Below are positions 9,113 through 18,503 of a stretch of DNA of 64,000 nt, in pieces. Under the pieces are notes generated by a model. The model saw nothing but the letters and a program-made list of their open reading frames with translations. It was not told the origin of the DNA and searched no databases. Source of the DNA: an uncultured virus (IMG/VR IMGVR_UViG_3300031993_000054) (Duplodnaviria; Heunggongvirae; Uroviricota; Caudoviricetes); the IMG/VR virus record IMGVR_UViG_3300031993_000054. The stretch is one strand, 5' to 3'. Positions within the stretch are counted from its first letter, which is position 1. Every line of letters starts with the position of its first letter. The position numbers and the translations under genes were made by a program.

Positions 9113-9393
9113 AAACCTACGACACAGAGTTCATCGGCCAGTTCCTTGACGGGATTGACTTCGGTGACATCAGATGGGGTGCCCCCTACAAGGTAGATGA
9201 GGACACCGTGATGTACATGTACATGGGTAATGCCGGCTACAAGGTGGAGGTGGATGAGCAGACGGAGGAGCACGGCTTTTACGTGAACGTGGTTGGTGAG
9301 GCCACAGTGATTGGGACCGGGGAGTTTGAGGACGACCTGCGTTACTGCATTGAGTTGGCCTTGAAGGACGCTCAAGAGATAAGGGAGGCATAA
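9109..9393 (+). CDS. hypothetical acidic protein
   Basis: 94-aa ORF, ATGA overlap. Confidence 0.6.
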   Translation: MKTYDTEFIGQFLDGIDFGDIRWGAPYKVDEDTVMYMYMGNAGYKVEVDEQTEEHGFYVNVVGEATVIGTGEFEDDLRYCIELALKDAQEIREA

Positions 9394-9395
9394 TC

Positions 9396-9725
9396 ATGGA
9401 ACAGAACGTTACCATCCCGGTGCAGGGGATTATGGACTGCACACACATTCAGATCGACGCAAGGTATGACAAGGGTGACTACCGGACGCTTCGCGGTTAC
9501 TACGTGGTCGTGAAGGCCGTGAAGATAGAGCCTGCCAAGTACGGCAACTTCAACATGGTCACATGCGCCAGCGACTATCCTTACAAGCGCTACTTGGTGG
9601 AACAGACGGAGCGCAAGAGTCAGAAACGCCTGGCCGATTTGGTCAAGAAGGTGCAGGACAATGCGCAGGCCATCTGCGATGCTTTCAAGGCCGGGAACTA
9701 CAATGGGGTTTGGGCCTATGTATAA
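9396..9725 (+). CDS. hypothetical protein
   Basis: 109-aa ORF in operon. Confidence 0.6.
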   Translation: MEQNVTIPVQGIMDCTHIQIDARYDKGDYRTLRGYYVVVKAVKIEPAKYGNFNMVTCASDYPYKRYLVEQTERKSQKRLADLVKKVQDNAQAICDAFKAGNYNGVWAYV

Positions 9726-9753
9726 CAGACAATAACACACAACTTACAACATC

Positions 9754-10512
9754 ATGAAACAGACAAGCATTGACAAAATCAGCAAGGTGTATGTGGCCTT
9801 GCAGGGCAGCGAGTACGCAAAGTTGGCAGAGCTGCTGCAAGACGTGATCCGGGCAGAGGCGATGACTCCTGCGAAGGCAGGCAAGTTCAATATCTACAAC
9901 TACGTGGCCGACGATGAGATCCGTCCGGCTATGAACGGAGTGTTCCTCAATGATGGATGGAAGACGGCATCTGACAGCCACATCCTCATCAGTATCAAGG
10001 AGGAGTACGACAAGGAGTTCGAGGGGCGCGTGATGTACAAGGACGGCTCGTTCTACAACATCCACCGCAGGGTAAAGGATGAGAATGGAGAATGGGTGGA
10101 GAAAGACCAGTTCACGGCCTACAAGGATGACGAGGGCCACGAGCGCACCATCTATCCCAAGTGGCAGTCTGTGATTCCGGACGAGAAGAAGTTCGGCTAC
10201 CAGCCCTACACGTTCGACAAACAGAAGTTCTACGACTGGGTGGACAAACTCCGGACGGCATGGAAGACGGAGCACGGCAAGGGCATCAAGTGGGACGGCT
10301 ACTGGTACTGCAAGATCGGCCCGTGCGTGTTCAAGGCGGAGTTGTTCTCCAAGTTGATTGAGGCGATGGAGTACCTGGGCGCCACGGAGGTGCTGATGGC
10401 CGAGGAACGCAGGGCCGCGATGGTCCGCAGTGACAAGGGCGTGTGCATCCTCATGCCGGTGATGCAGCCGGACACGTTCAGTGAAAGCAATCCTAATCAC
10501 ATTGTGTTATGA
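9754..10512 (+). CDS. hypothetical protein with beta-clamp (DnaN)-like motif
   Basis: DEIRPAMNGVF...ASDSHIL and terminal ILMPV resemble DnaN segments. Confidence 0.5.
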   Translation: MKQTSIDKISKVYVALQGSEYAKLAELLQDVIRAEAMTPAKAGKFNIYNYVADDEIRPAMNGVFLNDGWKTASDSHILISIKEEYDKEFEGRVMYKDGSFYNIHRRVKDENGEWVEKDQFTAYKDDEGHERTIYPKWQSVIPDEKKFGYQPYTFDKQKFYDWVDKLRTAWKTEHGKGIKWDGYWYCKIGPCVFKAELFSKLIEAMEYLGATEVLMAEERRAAMVRSDKGVCILMPVMQPDTFSESNPNHIVL

Positions 10513-10787
10513 AAGCGTGGAATATGATAATCGCCATGTTCAGGTGGAGCCTGGACCTTGGCCAGGGTGGATACCTCAAGGTTGAGGATTACACCGACGA
10601 AGGATACCTCGAAACCTACTTCGGGATTGATGCCTACAAGAAAGGCAAGTTCACTCCCGGTGAGTGGGTGTACTTCTATGACACCGACAACTCCGGCCTC
10701 AAGGAAGTGGCCGATGAGTTCGGGGAACCGGATGTGATAGTCTATGACGGGAACTGCGACATCTGGTGCTGGAGGATGGAGAAATGA
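10509..10787 (+). CDS. hypothetical protein
   Basis: 92-aa ORF, ATGA overlap. Confidence 0.6.
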   Translation: MKAWNMIIAMFRWSLDLGQGGYLKVEDYTDEGYLETYFGIDAYKKGKFTPGEWVYFYDTDNSGLKEVADEFGEPDVIVYDGNCDIWCWRMEK

Positions 10788-10954
10788 AGTGGATAGGATA
10801 CGTTGTCATCATCGTCCCGATTCTGATTGTGGCATGGAAGTGGCATGTGTGGGACGGAGGAATTGGTGGACTGATTCTCGCTCTGATAGCCGTGTTTAAC
10901 TGCGTAGTATGGACAGACATCTATGAACAAAGAAAGAAGAAAAAGACTAAGTGA
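10784..10954 (+). CDS. small membrane protein
   Basis: Two hydrophobic segments and a basic tail. Confidence 0.55.
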   Translation: MKWIGYVVIIVPILIVAWKWHVWDGGIGGLILALIAVFNCVVWTDIYEQRKKKKTK

Positions 10955-11153
10955 GGCCAAGTCCAAGTTGGAGGAGGCCAAGACGATTGTTGAGGAGTGC
11001 AGGGACGAGGAGCAGGAAGGGTTCGACAATCTCAGTGAGGGGTTGCAGTGCTCGGAGCGTGGGGTGGCGATGGAGGAGGCGGCCAGCAACCTTGATAGTG
11101 CATCGGACAGCATCCAAGATGCTATTGACAACATTGAGGAGGCCATGCAATGA
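10923..11153 (+). CDS. hypothetical helical protein
   Basis: MNKERRKRL...EEQEGFDNLSEGLQ. Confidence 0.7.
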   Translation: MNKERRKRLSEAKSKLEEAKTIVEECRDEEQEGFDNLSEGLQCSERGVAMEEAASNLDSASDSIQDAIDNIEEAMQ

Positions 11154-11293
11154 AACTACTGAAATACGAGGGGTTCATCTTGGAGGATGGACCCCACGGA
11201 TACAAGAGTGAGATTCGCGGTGAGTACAAGCACTTTGTGACCGTGAAGTCTTGGAAGGAATACATAGAACAGATCAAAGGAATAAAGAAATGA
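11150..11293 (+). CDS. hypothetical protein
   Basis: Own translation MKLLKYEGF...GIKK; ATGA overlaps at both ends. Confidence 0.5.
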   Translation: MKLLKYEGFILEDGPHGYKSEIRGEYKHFVTVKSWKEYIEQIKGIKK

Positions 11294-12048
11294 AAGTCAA
11301 AGATTTGAAGGCCATCCTGGCCAACTGCGATGATGACGCTACCCTGTGGGTCAGCGATGTCGATTCGGCCTGCATCGAGGTGATCAGCGCCAACGTTACC
11401 GGACAGATTGTGTACCTCGACGTCCGGCACGAGTTCCCGGAGGCATGGTTCGAGAATGGGCTGGAGGTTCGCTACGTGGCTGGATGCCTCGTGGGCATCT
11501 ACTCCGGTGAGCCTACCCACGACACCTTCCTTCTCGGCCCCAATGAGAAGGAGACCAAGTTGGTCTTCCACGACGGATACGCACTGCGTGAAGAGGACGG
11601 GGTGAAGATGCTGGAGTACCCGAAACTGATGGACCTCACCGACGACCAGATCGAGGAACTCGACAAGGCCCTGGGCGGCCGCATCTCTGATTCCGGAGTT
11701 CTGACCTATGAGGATGCCGCCTCGGTGCTCGGCAAAGTGCTGGTTGAGGAGGAGCCGGAAGAGAAGGAGCCGCGATTTCAACTCTCACGGGACATGCACC
11801 TGCTGTGCGAGACCATCCAGGAAATCACGCTCCACGTGTGGGACAAAGTGTGGGCCAACAATAAGTACGACCAAGACTCGCGGAACGTCCTTGAGATGCT
11901 CCGGGACTGGGGCGTCGAGTTCGAGAACTACTGGCAGGAGCAACTTGCCAAGGATGAGTATTACGGAGACACTCATGATTACCTCGAAGAGGTGTGGGCC
12001 TATGCCGACAAGAAGGCCGACGAATATGTCAAAGAAATCGAAGGATAG
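11290..12048 (+). CDS. hypothetical acidic protein
   Basis: MKVKDLKAIL...; C-terminal part similar to ORF 13798-14022. Confidence 0.65.
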   Translation: MKVKDLKAILANCDDDATLWVSDVDSACIEVISANVTGQIVYLDVRHEFPEAWFENGLEVRYVAGCLVGIYSGEPTHDTFLLGPNEKETKLVFHDGYALREEDGVKMLEYPKLMDLTDDQIEELDKALGGRISDSGVLTYEDAASVLGKVLVEEEPEEKEPRFQLSRDMHLLCETIQEITLHVWDKVWANNKYDQDSRNVLEMLRDWGVEFENYWQEQLAKDEYYGDTHDYLEEVWAYADKKADEYVKEIEG

Positions 12049-12055
12049 AAACATT

Positions 12056-12334
12056 ATGGAACATCTTAGCAAAGTAGAACTGATCGGCCGCGTAGGCCGC
12101 GTAGAGGAACAGATCATCAACAATAACCGCCTCGTAAGATTCACCGTACTCGTTGAGACAAAATTCGGAGAGGCCGTACAATGCACATGGTTCAACTGCG
12201 TGTACTGGGGTAACATCGAAGTGCAGAAGGGCACGGATATCCACCTCAACGGGCGCCTGGTGGGCCAGCAGTACACTGACCAGGACGGGAATCCCCGTCA
12301 GTATCTCGAAGTCAAAGTCAACCAAATCTTCTAA
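12056..12334 (+). CDS. ssb: single-stranded DNA-binding protein (OB fold)
   Basis: KVELIGRVG...TWFNCVYWG...KGTDIHLNGRL...YTDQDG. Confidence 0.8.
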   Translation: MEHLSKVELIGRVGRVEEQIINNNRLVRFTVLVETKFGEAVQCTWFNCVYWGNIEVQKGTDIHLNGRLVGQQYTDQDGNPRQYLEVKVNQIF

Positions 12335-12337
12335 CCC

Positions 12338-12865
12338 ATGAACATACATCAGAAACTCTCCCTTGCGAAGGGAATCCTTGAGGATATCAAGAATAGCGGA
12401 TACATTCCGTTCGCCAGTCCTGCTCCGTCCAGCACGGAGTCTCAGATCAAAAAGAACATCTGTGAGGCCGTTACCCATATTGAGAACGCCATATACCTGC
12501 ACGAGTCCTGCTTCTTCGGCCGGAAGGACGAGAAGACGCTGGACTGGCCGGCGCTCGTGGACAGCCTGCGTGAAGAGATTCTCCGCCACATTAAGGAGAT
12601 GGTCAAGAAGAGGACCTACAAGTTTCTGGACGAAGACGGACAGCCGCTCGTGAAAAACGTGGCCGTAGGTCCGATGGATCCGGACACGGGCGGATACAGC
12701 TGCCTTCGCAAGGTCTTCTATGACGAAAGGGAGGATGAGGTTCTCTTTACATACGAAGACAGCCACGGAGAGGTTGAGGAGGCGTACCTAAATAGCGGAT
12801 GGCTCGACATGAAAGACCTGGCCTGGGTCCTGGAGGGTATGAAGGAGTTGGATAAAATGGCATAG
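12338..12865 (+). CDS. hypothetical protein
   Basis: 175-aa ORF in operon. Confidence 0.6.
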   Translation: MNIHQKLSLAKGILEDIKNSGYIPFASPAPSSTESQIKKNICEAVTHIENAIYLHESCFFGRKDEKTLDWPALVDSLREEILRHIKEMVKKRTYKFLDEDGQPLVKNVAVGPMDPDTGGYSCLRKVFYDEREDEVLFTYEDSHGEVEEAYLNSGWLDMKDLAWVLEGMKELDKMA

Positions 12866-12873
12866 AATTTGCA
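12858..12873 (+). promoter_or_regulatory. sigma54-type -24/-12 promoter
   Basis: TGGCAT-AGAAT-TTGCA, 32 bp upstream of ATG 12906. Confidence 0.6.
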
Positions 12874-12905
12874 GTAAATCAATCACACACAAAACTTACA
12901 TCATC

Positions 12906-13208
12906 ATGAAGACTAAAGAAAATCTCGTCAACTTCGGCTTGACGGAAAAGGAAGCCGAAAAGGTAATGACCCTCGAATCTGAGATGCTCAAGAGGGCAGT
13001 TAAGTTCCAGTACAAGAAGAAGGATGGTTCCATCCGAGAGGCCATCGGCACTCTCCGCCTCGACCTCATGAAACTCAAGGACGGCAGTCTTTGGACTCCG
13101 AAGGGAGATCCGAAGCCGGAGGACGTGTCCAAGATAGACTACTTCGACATCGAGGCCCAGTGGTGGCGTCAGTTCGCGGTGGCCAACCTCGTCAGTGTGG
13201 AGGGTTAG
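12906..13208 (+). CDS. SH3 beta-barrel / WYL_2-like protein
   Basis: VKFQYKKKDGSIREAIGTL...YFDIEAQWWRQF. Confidence 0.7.
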   Translation: MKTKENLVNFGLTEKEAEKVMTLESEMLKRAVKFQYKKKDGSIREAIGTLRLDLMKLKDGSLWTPKGDPKPEDVSKIDYFDIEAQWWRQFAVANLVSVEG

Positions 13209-13211
13209 GCT

Positions 13212-13547
13212 ATGGCACGCTTCAAGATACTCGCCGAGATTGTCATCACCGGTGAGGAAATCAAGATTGAGCGCGACGCTCTGATGGCCATGCAGGAGAT
13301 GCTGGGAGCCTACGACGAAATGACGGAGACCACCTCCAGCACGAGCATCATGATCAACGCTATCCGGACCGAGAAGGGATTCGATAGCCGGGAGGAGCAG
13401 ATTCTGATAGACTCCATGCGTGACCGCATCGGCCGCCTCTACAAGATGTCTGAGGCGTACCGGGACGGAGACAACAAGGAAGCCCAGATGGACTGCCTTG
13501 CTGAGAAGAAGGAAGTCGAGGCCCTATTAAAGAGGATCCAGGGATGA
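13212..13547 (+). CDS. hypothetical protein
   Basis: 111-aa ORF. Confidence 0.6.
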   Translation: MARFKILAEIVITGEEIKIERDALMAMQEMLGAYDEMTETTSSTSIMINAIRTEKGFDSREEQILIDSMRDRIGRLYKMSEAYRDGDNKEAQMDCLAEKKEVEALLKRIQG

Positions 13548-13795
13548 AAGTCTATGTAGGAATGTGGGATCTCCTCCCAAAGTCTTGGGAGGGAATCATG
13601 GGGCTTGAGAACGCCACCGAGAAAGAGATTGCCGATGAGGTCAAGAGGGAGATTGAAGAGTGGGCCAACAAACCTCCGTACAATCCGTACAACAACAAGA
13701 TGGGCTTCTATTCTATCAAGGAGTTCGAGTCCAGTTTCAACTACGAGACCAAGGATCCGTTCACATCGGATAAGTATTGGATCAAAATTTTCTAA
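13544..13795 (+). CDS. hypothetical protein
   Basis: 83-aa ORF, ATGA overlap. Confidence 0.6.
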   Translation: MKVYVGMWDLLPKSWEGIMGLENATEKEIADEVKREIEEWANKPPYNPYNNKMGFYSIKEFESSFNYETKDPFTSDKYWIKIF

Positions 13796-13797
13796 TC

Positions 13798-14022
13798 ATG
13801 ATCAACACCATCACCACCATCCAGGAGATTACGGCCCAGGCCATAGAGTTCGGGCTGTTCAAGACCATGTTCAATGACAAGAATATGTCGAGGGACGAGA
13901 TATTCAACACGTTCGAGGAGTGGGGCCGGGAGTTCGAGAAGAAGCATGAGGGGCGCGAGTGGAACGGAGAATACTACGACGAGATCGACAAGTTCATCAT
14001 GGAAAAAGCAGACACGCTATGA
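13798..14022 (+). CDS. hypothetical protein
   Basis: MINTITTIQEIT... Confidence 0.6.
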   Translation: MINTITTIQEITAQAIEFGLFKTMFNDKNMSRDEIFNTFEEWGREFEKKHEGREWNGEYYDEIDKFIMEKADTL

Positions 14023-14465
14023 GACAGAAACACGAACTGACGGTTCCTTGGAAAGACTTCCTTGCCGTCCTTGACCGCATCGACGAGATTGAGGCCGAAA
14101 CCAGCCGCATCACCGACGAGCGCATCAGGACCAAGGACCACGACTACATGCGAAAGGAGCACAATGCGCTCTGGGATGAGTACCACGTGCTCGACAAGAA
14201 GCGCGACGAGATGCGCCCGCACGTCATTCCGGAGGTTGGCGCCACCGGCACTATCCACTGGTACTCTGACAGCAGCAAGGCCAAGGTGACTCGTGTGATA
14301 TCGCCCAAGAAGATTGAGGTGACAGCCTGCGGCCTTTATTCCTGCACGAAGATCTACACCTACCGGACCAACGGCCACTGGGTCCAGGAGGGTACTACCA
14401 GCCGGGATTGGGGCACGCTCTTCTCCTTCGGCCGTGGCCATGACTACTACGACCAGTCCTATTGA
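14019..14465 (+). CDS. hypothetical protein
   Basis: MRQKHELT...; ATGA overlap. Confidence 0.65.
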   Translation: MRQKHELTVPWKDFLAVLDRIDEIEAETSRITDERIRTKDHDYMRKEHNALWDEYHVLDKKRDEMRPHVIPEVGATGTIHWYSDSSKAKVTRVISPKKIEVTACGLYSCTKIYTYRTNGHWVQEGTTSRDWGTLFSFGRGHDYYDQSY

Positions 14466-14491
14466 CACGCAACACACAAACTTACAACATC

Positions 14492-14758
14492 ATGAACCTT
14501 ATCGAGAAAATCAACGCTGCTCTTGACAAGCACTTCAAGAGCAACAAAGGCAACTACCAGGTTGAGAAGTACGCCAACCCTGAGATGGCGGACTGGCTCA
14601 GCCTCAGCCGCGACTGCCGCAGGACCTCGGGCGTGGATGCTCGCTGGGTCTGTGTCTTCATCTTCCGCAACTATTCCGACATCCAGGTCATCACCATTGG
14701 CACCTGGATCTTCACCCGCAGCACCCTCAACAGGGCCGGCAGCAGATTCCATGTATAG
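14492..14758 (+). CDS. hypothetical protein
   Basis: MNLIEKIN...; preceded by a repeated leader motif. Confidence 0.6.
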   Translation: MNLIEKINAALDKHFKSNKGNYQVEKYANPEMADWLSLSRDCRRTSGVDARWVCVFIFRNYSDIQVITIGTWIFTRSTLNRAGSRFHV

Positions 14759-14760
14759 CC

Positions 14761-15081
14761 ATGAGAGACTACAAGAAAGACTTCGTTGCACTTCTCCAGG
14801 AGATGATGCACGACGAGTGCGGTGGCATGATAGTTCCGATGATTGTGGAGGGTTTGGCCGAGGTTGACACCAACCACAGCCTTGACCGCTATGTCATGAA
14901 GTGGATCGAGAAGAATATCTTCGGTGGGAAAGGAAAACATGGCGGCATCCGCAAGTTCGAGACCACATCCGGCGGCCACGTCTGGCTCTACCTCGACGAC
15001 ATGAAGGTGGAGGACATCGAGTGCTACAACAAGAAAGGTCAGTACACTCACACAGTTTCATTCAAAAAGAGAGGAGAATAA
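14761..15081 (+). CDS. hypothetical protein
   Basis: 106-aa ORF. Confidence 0.6.
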   Translation: MRDYKKDFVALLQEMMHDECGGMIVPMIVEGLAEVDTNHSLDRYVMKWIEKNIFGGKGKHGGIRKFETTSGGHVWLYLDDMKVEDIECYNKKGQYTHTVSFKKRGE

Positions 15082-15084
15082 ATC

Positions 15085-15345
15085 ATGGAAAAAGTATATC
15101 TGAAAGTCAATGAGAAAGGCGAGACTGAAAACGCCTTCGCATCCATCGGCATGGCCATCTGCGGAATTGAGCAGGAAGCCAAGCGCATCGAGCCGCAGTT
15201 CATCACCAAGCAGACGCTCACGGAACTGGTCTGGACCGGCCGGGACGGAGTGGAGCGCTCCTTCAAGATCATGGAGGCGCCCATCGTCACCAACGTCTCC
15301 CTGGACTACATGAATAAGGTACGCCCGGTCAGCGTGGAGGTGTAG
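15085..15345 (+). CDS. hypothetical protein
   Basis: 86-aa ORF. Confidence 0.6.
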   Translation: MEKVYLKVNEKGETENAFASIGMAICGIEQEAKRIEPQFITKQTLTELVWTGRDGVERSFKIMEAPIVTNVSLDYMNKVRPVSVEV

Positions 15346-15418
15346 CCATGTACATCGTGGTGTTCATCATCTGCGGATTGGCCTTCGTCCCAGAGATTTT
15401 TAACGAAAAAAGGTAATT

Positions 15419-15434
15419 TGGCATGTTTCTTGTA
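15419..15434 (+). promoter_or_regulatory. sigma54-type promoter (TTGT variant)
   Basis: TGGCAT-GTTTC-TTGTA upstream of ATG 15452. Confidence 0.45.
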
Positions 15435-15451
15435 GTTAGGAGGAAGTAATT

Positions 15452-15697
15452 ATGCTGATGTACGAAATCACAGACAGGAGGACCCGGGGCGTAAGCCGCG
15501 TGGTCAATACGCCGGAGGAGGTCTCCGCCGTCGTCCAGAAATGGTTCGGCGATGCGGTGGCCGCCAATGGTATTCCCTACTATATCGAAGTCCAGGGCTG
15601 GGCAGAACTCGCCTGCCTCGGAGAACTCTACGAAGCCCCCGAGTTTTTCGTGGGGGTGTATGACCCGGAAGAGAAGGAAGAGCAGTTCTGTGACTGA
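15452..15697 (+). CDS. hypothetical protein
   Basis: 81-aa ORF. Confidence 0.6.
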   Translation: MLMYEITDRRTRGVSRVVNTPEEVSAVVQKWFGDAVAANGIPYYIEVQGWAELACLGELYEAPEFFVGVYDPEEKEEQFCD

Positions 15698-15716
15698 TAA
15701 TGTTTAGTATCTGAAT

Positions 15717-16487
15717 ATGTCACGCAGGAGAAAAGTTGAGATCAAGAAGGTTGAGGACCGCAGGCCCTATGTCCTTTGGCGCCGTGTCTCTACGGACGGC
15801 CAGGGGGATAGCGGCCTCGGCCTCGATGCTCAGGAGGCCATCGTTCTGGCCAACATGCAGCGGGATTACGTCCAGATGTTCACGGACGTGTACTCCGGCA
15901 CAAAGTTGAAGCAGTGCGTTGGCCTCTGGGAGGCCATCGAACTCTGCAAAAAGAATGATTACCTTCTGGTCATCGCCAGTTATGACCGTTTCCGTAATGT
16001 CCAGGAAGCACTGGAGGTCGTCGATTGTGTGGGAGAAAGGAACATTTTGTTCTGCGACCTTCCGAGTTCAGACCGCTTCGTCCTGACCATCATGTTCGCC
16101 GTTGCTGAAAAGCAGGCCATGATGATTCAACTCAAGACGAAGTTGGCCCTGGCGGAGCGCAAGAAGCAGATCGAGCAGGACGGAGGGTTCTTCTCGAAGT
16201 CCGGAAACTGGTGCACGCACCTTGGCAACAAGAAGGGGGCATCCATGAAGGAAGCCCACCAGGCCGGCCACGCTGCACTGCATCAGATCTCTCAGGACTG
16301 GCGCGAGACGTCTCCACTCTACTCCTGGGTGACAATTCAGGTATTCAAGCGCCGGCCGAGGAAGGATATCCTGGAGGAGGCGCAGGAACTCTACAACCGG
16401 AATCCGGATAAGTATTGTACGAGACAGGGAAAGCCGCTCAGTAAGGGCGTCCTGTCCGTGTGGGTAAATGAACTTCAAAAACAATAG
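15717..16487 (+). CDS. serine recombinase (resolvase/invertase family)
   Basis: WRRVSTDGQ catalytic motif, DVYSG, LVIASYDRFRN. Confidence 0.85.
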   Translation: MSRRRKVEIKKVEDRRPYVLWRRVSTDGQGDSGLGLDAQEAIVLANMQRDYVQMFTDVYSGTKLKQCVGLWEAIELCKKNDYLLVIASYDRFRNVQEALEVVDCVGERNILFCDLPSSDRFVLTIMFAVAEKQAMMIQLKTKLALAERKKQIEQDGGFFSKSGNWCTHLGNKKGASMKEAHQAGHAALHQISQDWRETSPLYSWVTIQVFKRRPRKDILEEAQELYNRNPDKYCTRQGKPLSKGVLSVWVNELQKQ

Positions 16488-16493
16488 CACAAC

Positions 16494-17021
16494 ATGAAAA
16501 AAGTTACACTCGAAATCCCTGACGGGAAAACACTGAAATTCAAGGATGGCGCCTACGTACTGGTCGATGACAACGTGATGGAGCGCATCAAAACCTGGGA
16601 GGACGTCGTGGAGGCCCTGGGGTACGACCCGGCCGATGGAAAGGAGAACCTTCCGGACGACGTGATTGCCTACATCAAGATGCGGGCCATCGTGGAGGTC
16701 CTCAACGAAGGCTGGAAGCCCACGTTCAAGGACGATGAGACCCGGTACTACCCTTACTACTGGCACTACACCAAGTCCGAGTGGGAGAGCCTGAGCGCAT
16801 CCAGGCGGAAGGAACTGGAGCCTACGGTCTGCCTGGTCGGCGGTCGCTCGAATAACGGGTCGGGGTCGGGGCCGCTCTACGTGTACTCGGACGGCGCCTG
16901 GTCGTTCGCGTCCTCGGGCCTCGGCGCCCGCCTTGCATTTAAAACAGGGGAACTCGCCCGCTACGCCGGGAAGCAGTTCTTCGACATCTTCAAGAAATTC
17001 TACTACGATGGAGTGCTTTGA
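16494..17021 (+). CDS. DGR target protein 2 (remote target)
   Basis: Contains VR2; VCLVGG...GARLAF motif of CLec-type DGR targets. Confidence 0.9.
   Translation: MKKVTLEIPDGKTLKFKDGAYVLVDDNVMERIKTWEDVVEALGYDPADGKENLPDDVIAYIKMRAIVEVLNEGWKPTFKDDETRYYPYYWHYTKSEWESLSASRRKELEPTVCLVGGRSNNGSGSGPLYVYSDGAWSFASSGLGARLAFKTGELARYAGKQFFDIFKKFYYDGVL
16827..16937 (+). repeat. DGR variable region VR2
   Basis: 111 nt vs TR: 17 mismatches, all at TR adenines. Confidence 0.95.
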
Positions 17022-17349
17022 AGTATGCGTTCTCCTGAGGGGAACAGTTAGACAAGAGGATCCGCACTGCCCTTCCCAATGGAGGGGCAGCGGATGCTAC
17101 GATATTGACGTGCCCGCAAGCCAGCGGGTGACGGTGACTGTACCTGCCAATAATGAGGGATTGGCGAGAAACCTGGCCAGCAATTATTGCTACGAGGGTG
17201 AGGGAGGATGCGAACTGGAGAGCGTAGATGATGTCGAGATTAAATGTGTCATCCCCTGTGGCGAGTGCGACGATCCTGGAATGGAATTTGATTGGGGAGA
17301 GTTGGAGTTGGATGAGGATGATGGCCCCGATCCGGATGAGCGTGACTGA
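17008..17349 (+). CDS. hypothetical acidic Cys-rich protein
   Basis: MECFEVCV...; overlaps end of target gene. Confidence 0.5.
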   Translation: MECFEVCVLLRGTVRQEDPHCPSQWRGSGCYDIDVPASQRVTVTVPANNEGLARNLASNYCYEGEGGCELESVDDVEIKCVIPCGECDDPGMEFDWGELELDEDDGPDPDERD

Positions 17350-17467
17350 TATGAGGGGGGGGTAAATTGGTGCCTGAGATGCTGGCACTGGAACAAGAAT
17401 GAGAAGAAGTGCTGCGCTGAGGCGGGAGACTTCTGCAAGGTGTTAAACGATTATTTCAAGAAGAGAG

Positions 17468-18238
17468 ATGAACTACCCAGAAAACCTGTACAAGTATCGT
17501 GCACTTAATGGCATCGCCAGGTACACGAGAGTCAAGGACGACATCTACGAGGACACAACATGCAAGCACCCGGGCGGGCACTGTCAAATCAGAGTGAAGC
17601 AGGACGGAGACCACTGGGACTACGTGGAGTGCGCCAACGAGGTTGCCCATGAGTTCGAGTATTTCCACAAGGTTCGCCCGATGGATTCCCATTTCCACGC
17701 CGAAAAGACATCCTGCATGATCGAGGTCAACCGCTACTGGCATGGCGAGTGTGAGCGGAAGATCCGCCGGTTCTCCGAAGATATGGCCAAGGCCGAGCAG
17801 GAACTGTCCACGATGGGACTCGCAGACGTTACGCCCCAGAAGATTGATGAGATTGAGTTTGACGAGATTCTGGTGGTGGTTCCTGAGGGAACAGATAAGC
17901 CCTTCAACGATAAGGTCGAGAACAAGGTGTTCGGTAAGGACGGTCTGAAATATCTCATCACCAATGGTAATATCCATGTCCGCGACGCAGAGAACAGCGA
18001 GCGAATGGACGGCGTGTGCACCATCGACGACTACGATGGTAGTTATGAGAAGACATACTTTGTCTTCCGAAGCCAGAAGGCTTATGATGCGTACAGGAAC
18101 AATGAGGCTTACCGAAGCCTGGAGAAGAATGTGAGCGGCATGAGCGCCGAGATTGAGCGCTACAAGCGCGATATGCAGAAGTATGCCGAGGAGATCGCCC
18201 GCCTCACCAAGGAGAAGGAGGTGATGTATGGGTCTTAG
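17468..18238 (+). CDS. hypothetical protein with coiled coil
   Basis: 256-aa ORF. Confidence 0.7.
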   Translation: MNYPENLYKYRALNGIARYTRVKDDIYEDTTCKHPGGHCQIRVKQDGDHWDYVECANEVAHEFEYFHKVRPMDSHFHAEKTSCMIEVNRYWHGECERKIRRFSEDMAKAEQELSTMGLADVTPQKIDEIEFDEILVVVPEGTDKPFNDKVENKVFGKDGLKYLITNGNIHVRDAENSERMDGVCTIDDYDGSYEKTYFVFRSQKAYDAYRNNEAYRSLEKNVSGMSAEIERYKRDMQKYAEEIARLTKEKEVMYGS

Positions 18239-18503
18239 AGGCTGGGCAGCACGAGACAAAAACGGAGCGCTTTACTTCCACAAGGACAAGCCGCACCGGG
18301 CGTATGGCTGTGTGTGGCACGCCGACTGGAAGTTGCATCCGGATCCAGAAATCTTCCATCTGAGGCTCCCTAAGCAGATGGACCTCCCGGAGTTGAAATG
18401 GGAGGACGAGCCGATAGAAGTTGAACTCATAATCAGGAAGCATGAAGAAACTACTATACATAGATTTGTTTTGTGGTGCCGGAGGCACATCTACCGGCGT
18501 TGA
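18228..18503 (+). CDS. hypothetical protein
   Basis: WAARDKNGALYF...LKWEDEPIEVEL. Confidence 0.55.
   Translation: MGLRGWAARDKNGALYFHKDKPHRAYGCVWHADWKLHPDPEIFHLRLPKQMDLPELKWEDEPIEVELIIRKHEETTIHRFVLWCRRHIYRR

Noticed and set aside
15717..16487. Large serine integrase with att site, or shufflon
   Set aside because: Only 256 aa, no zinc-ribbon domain seen, and no att or inverted repeats identified.
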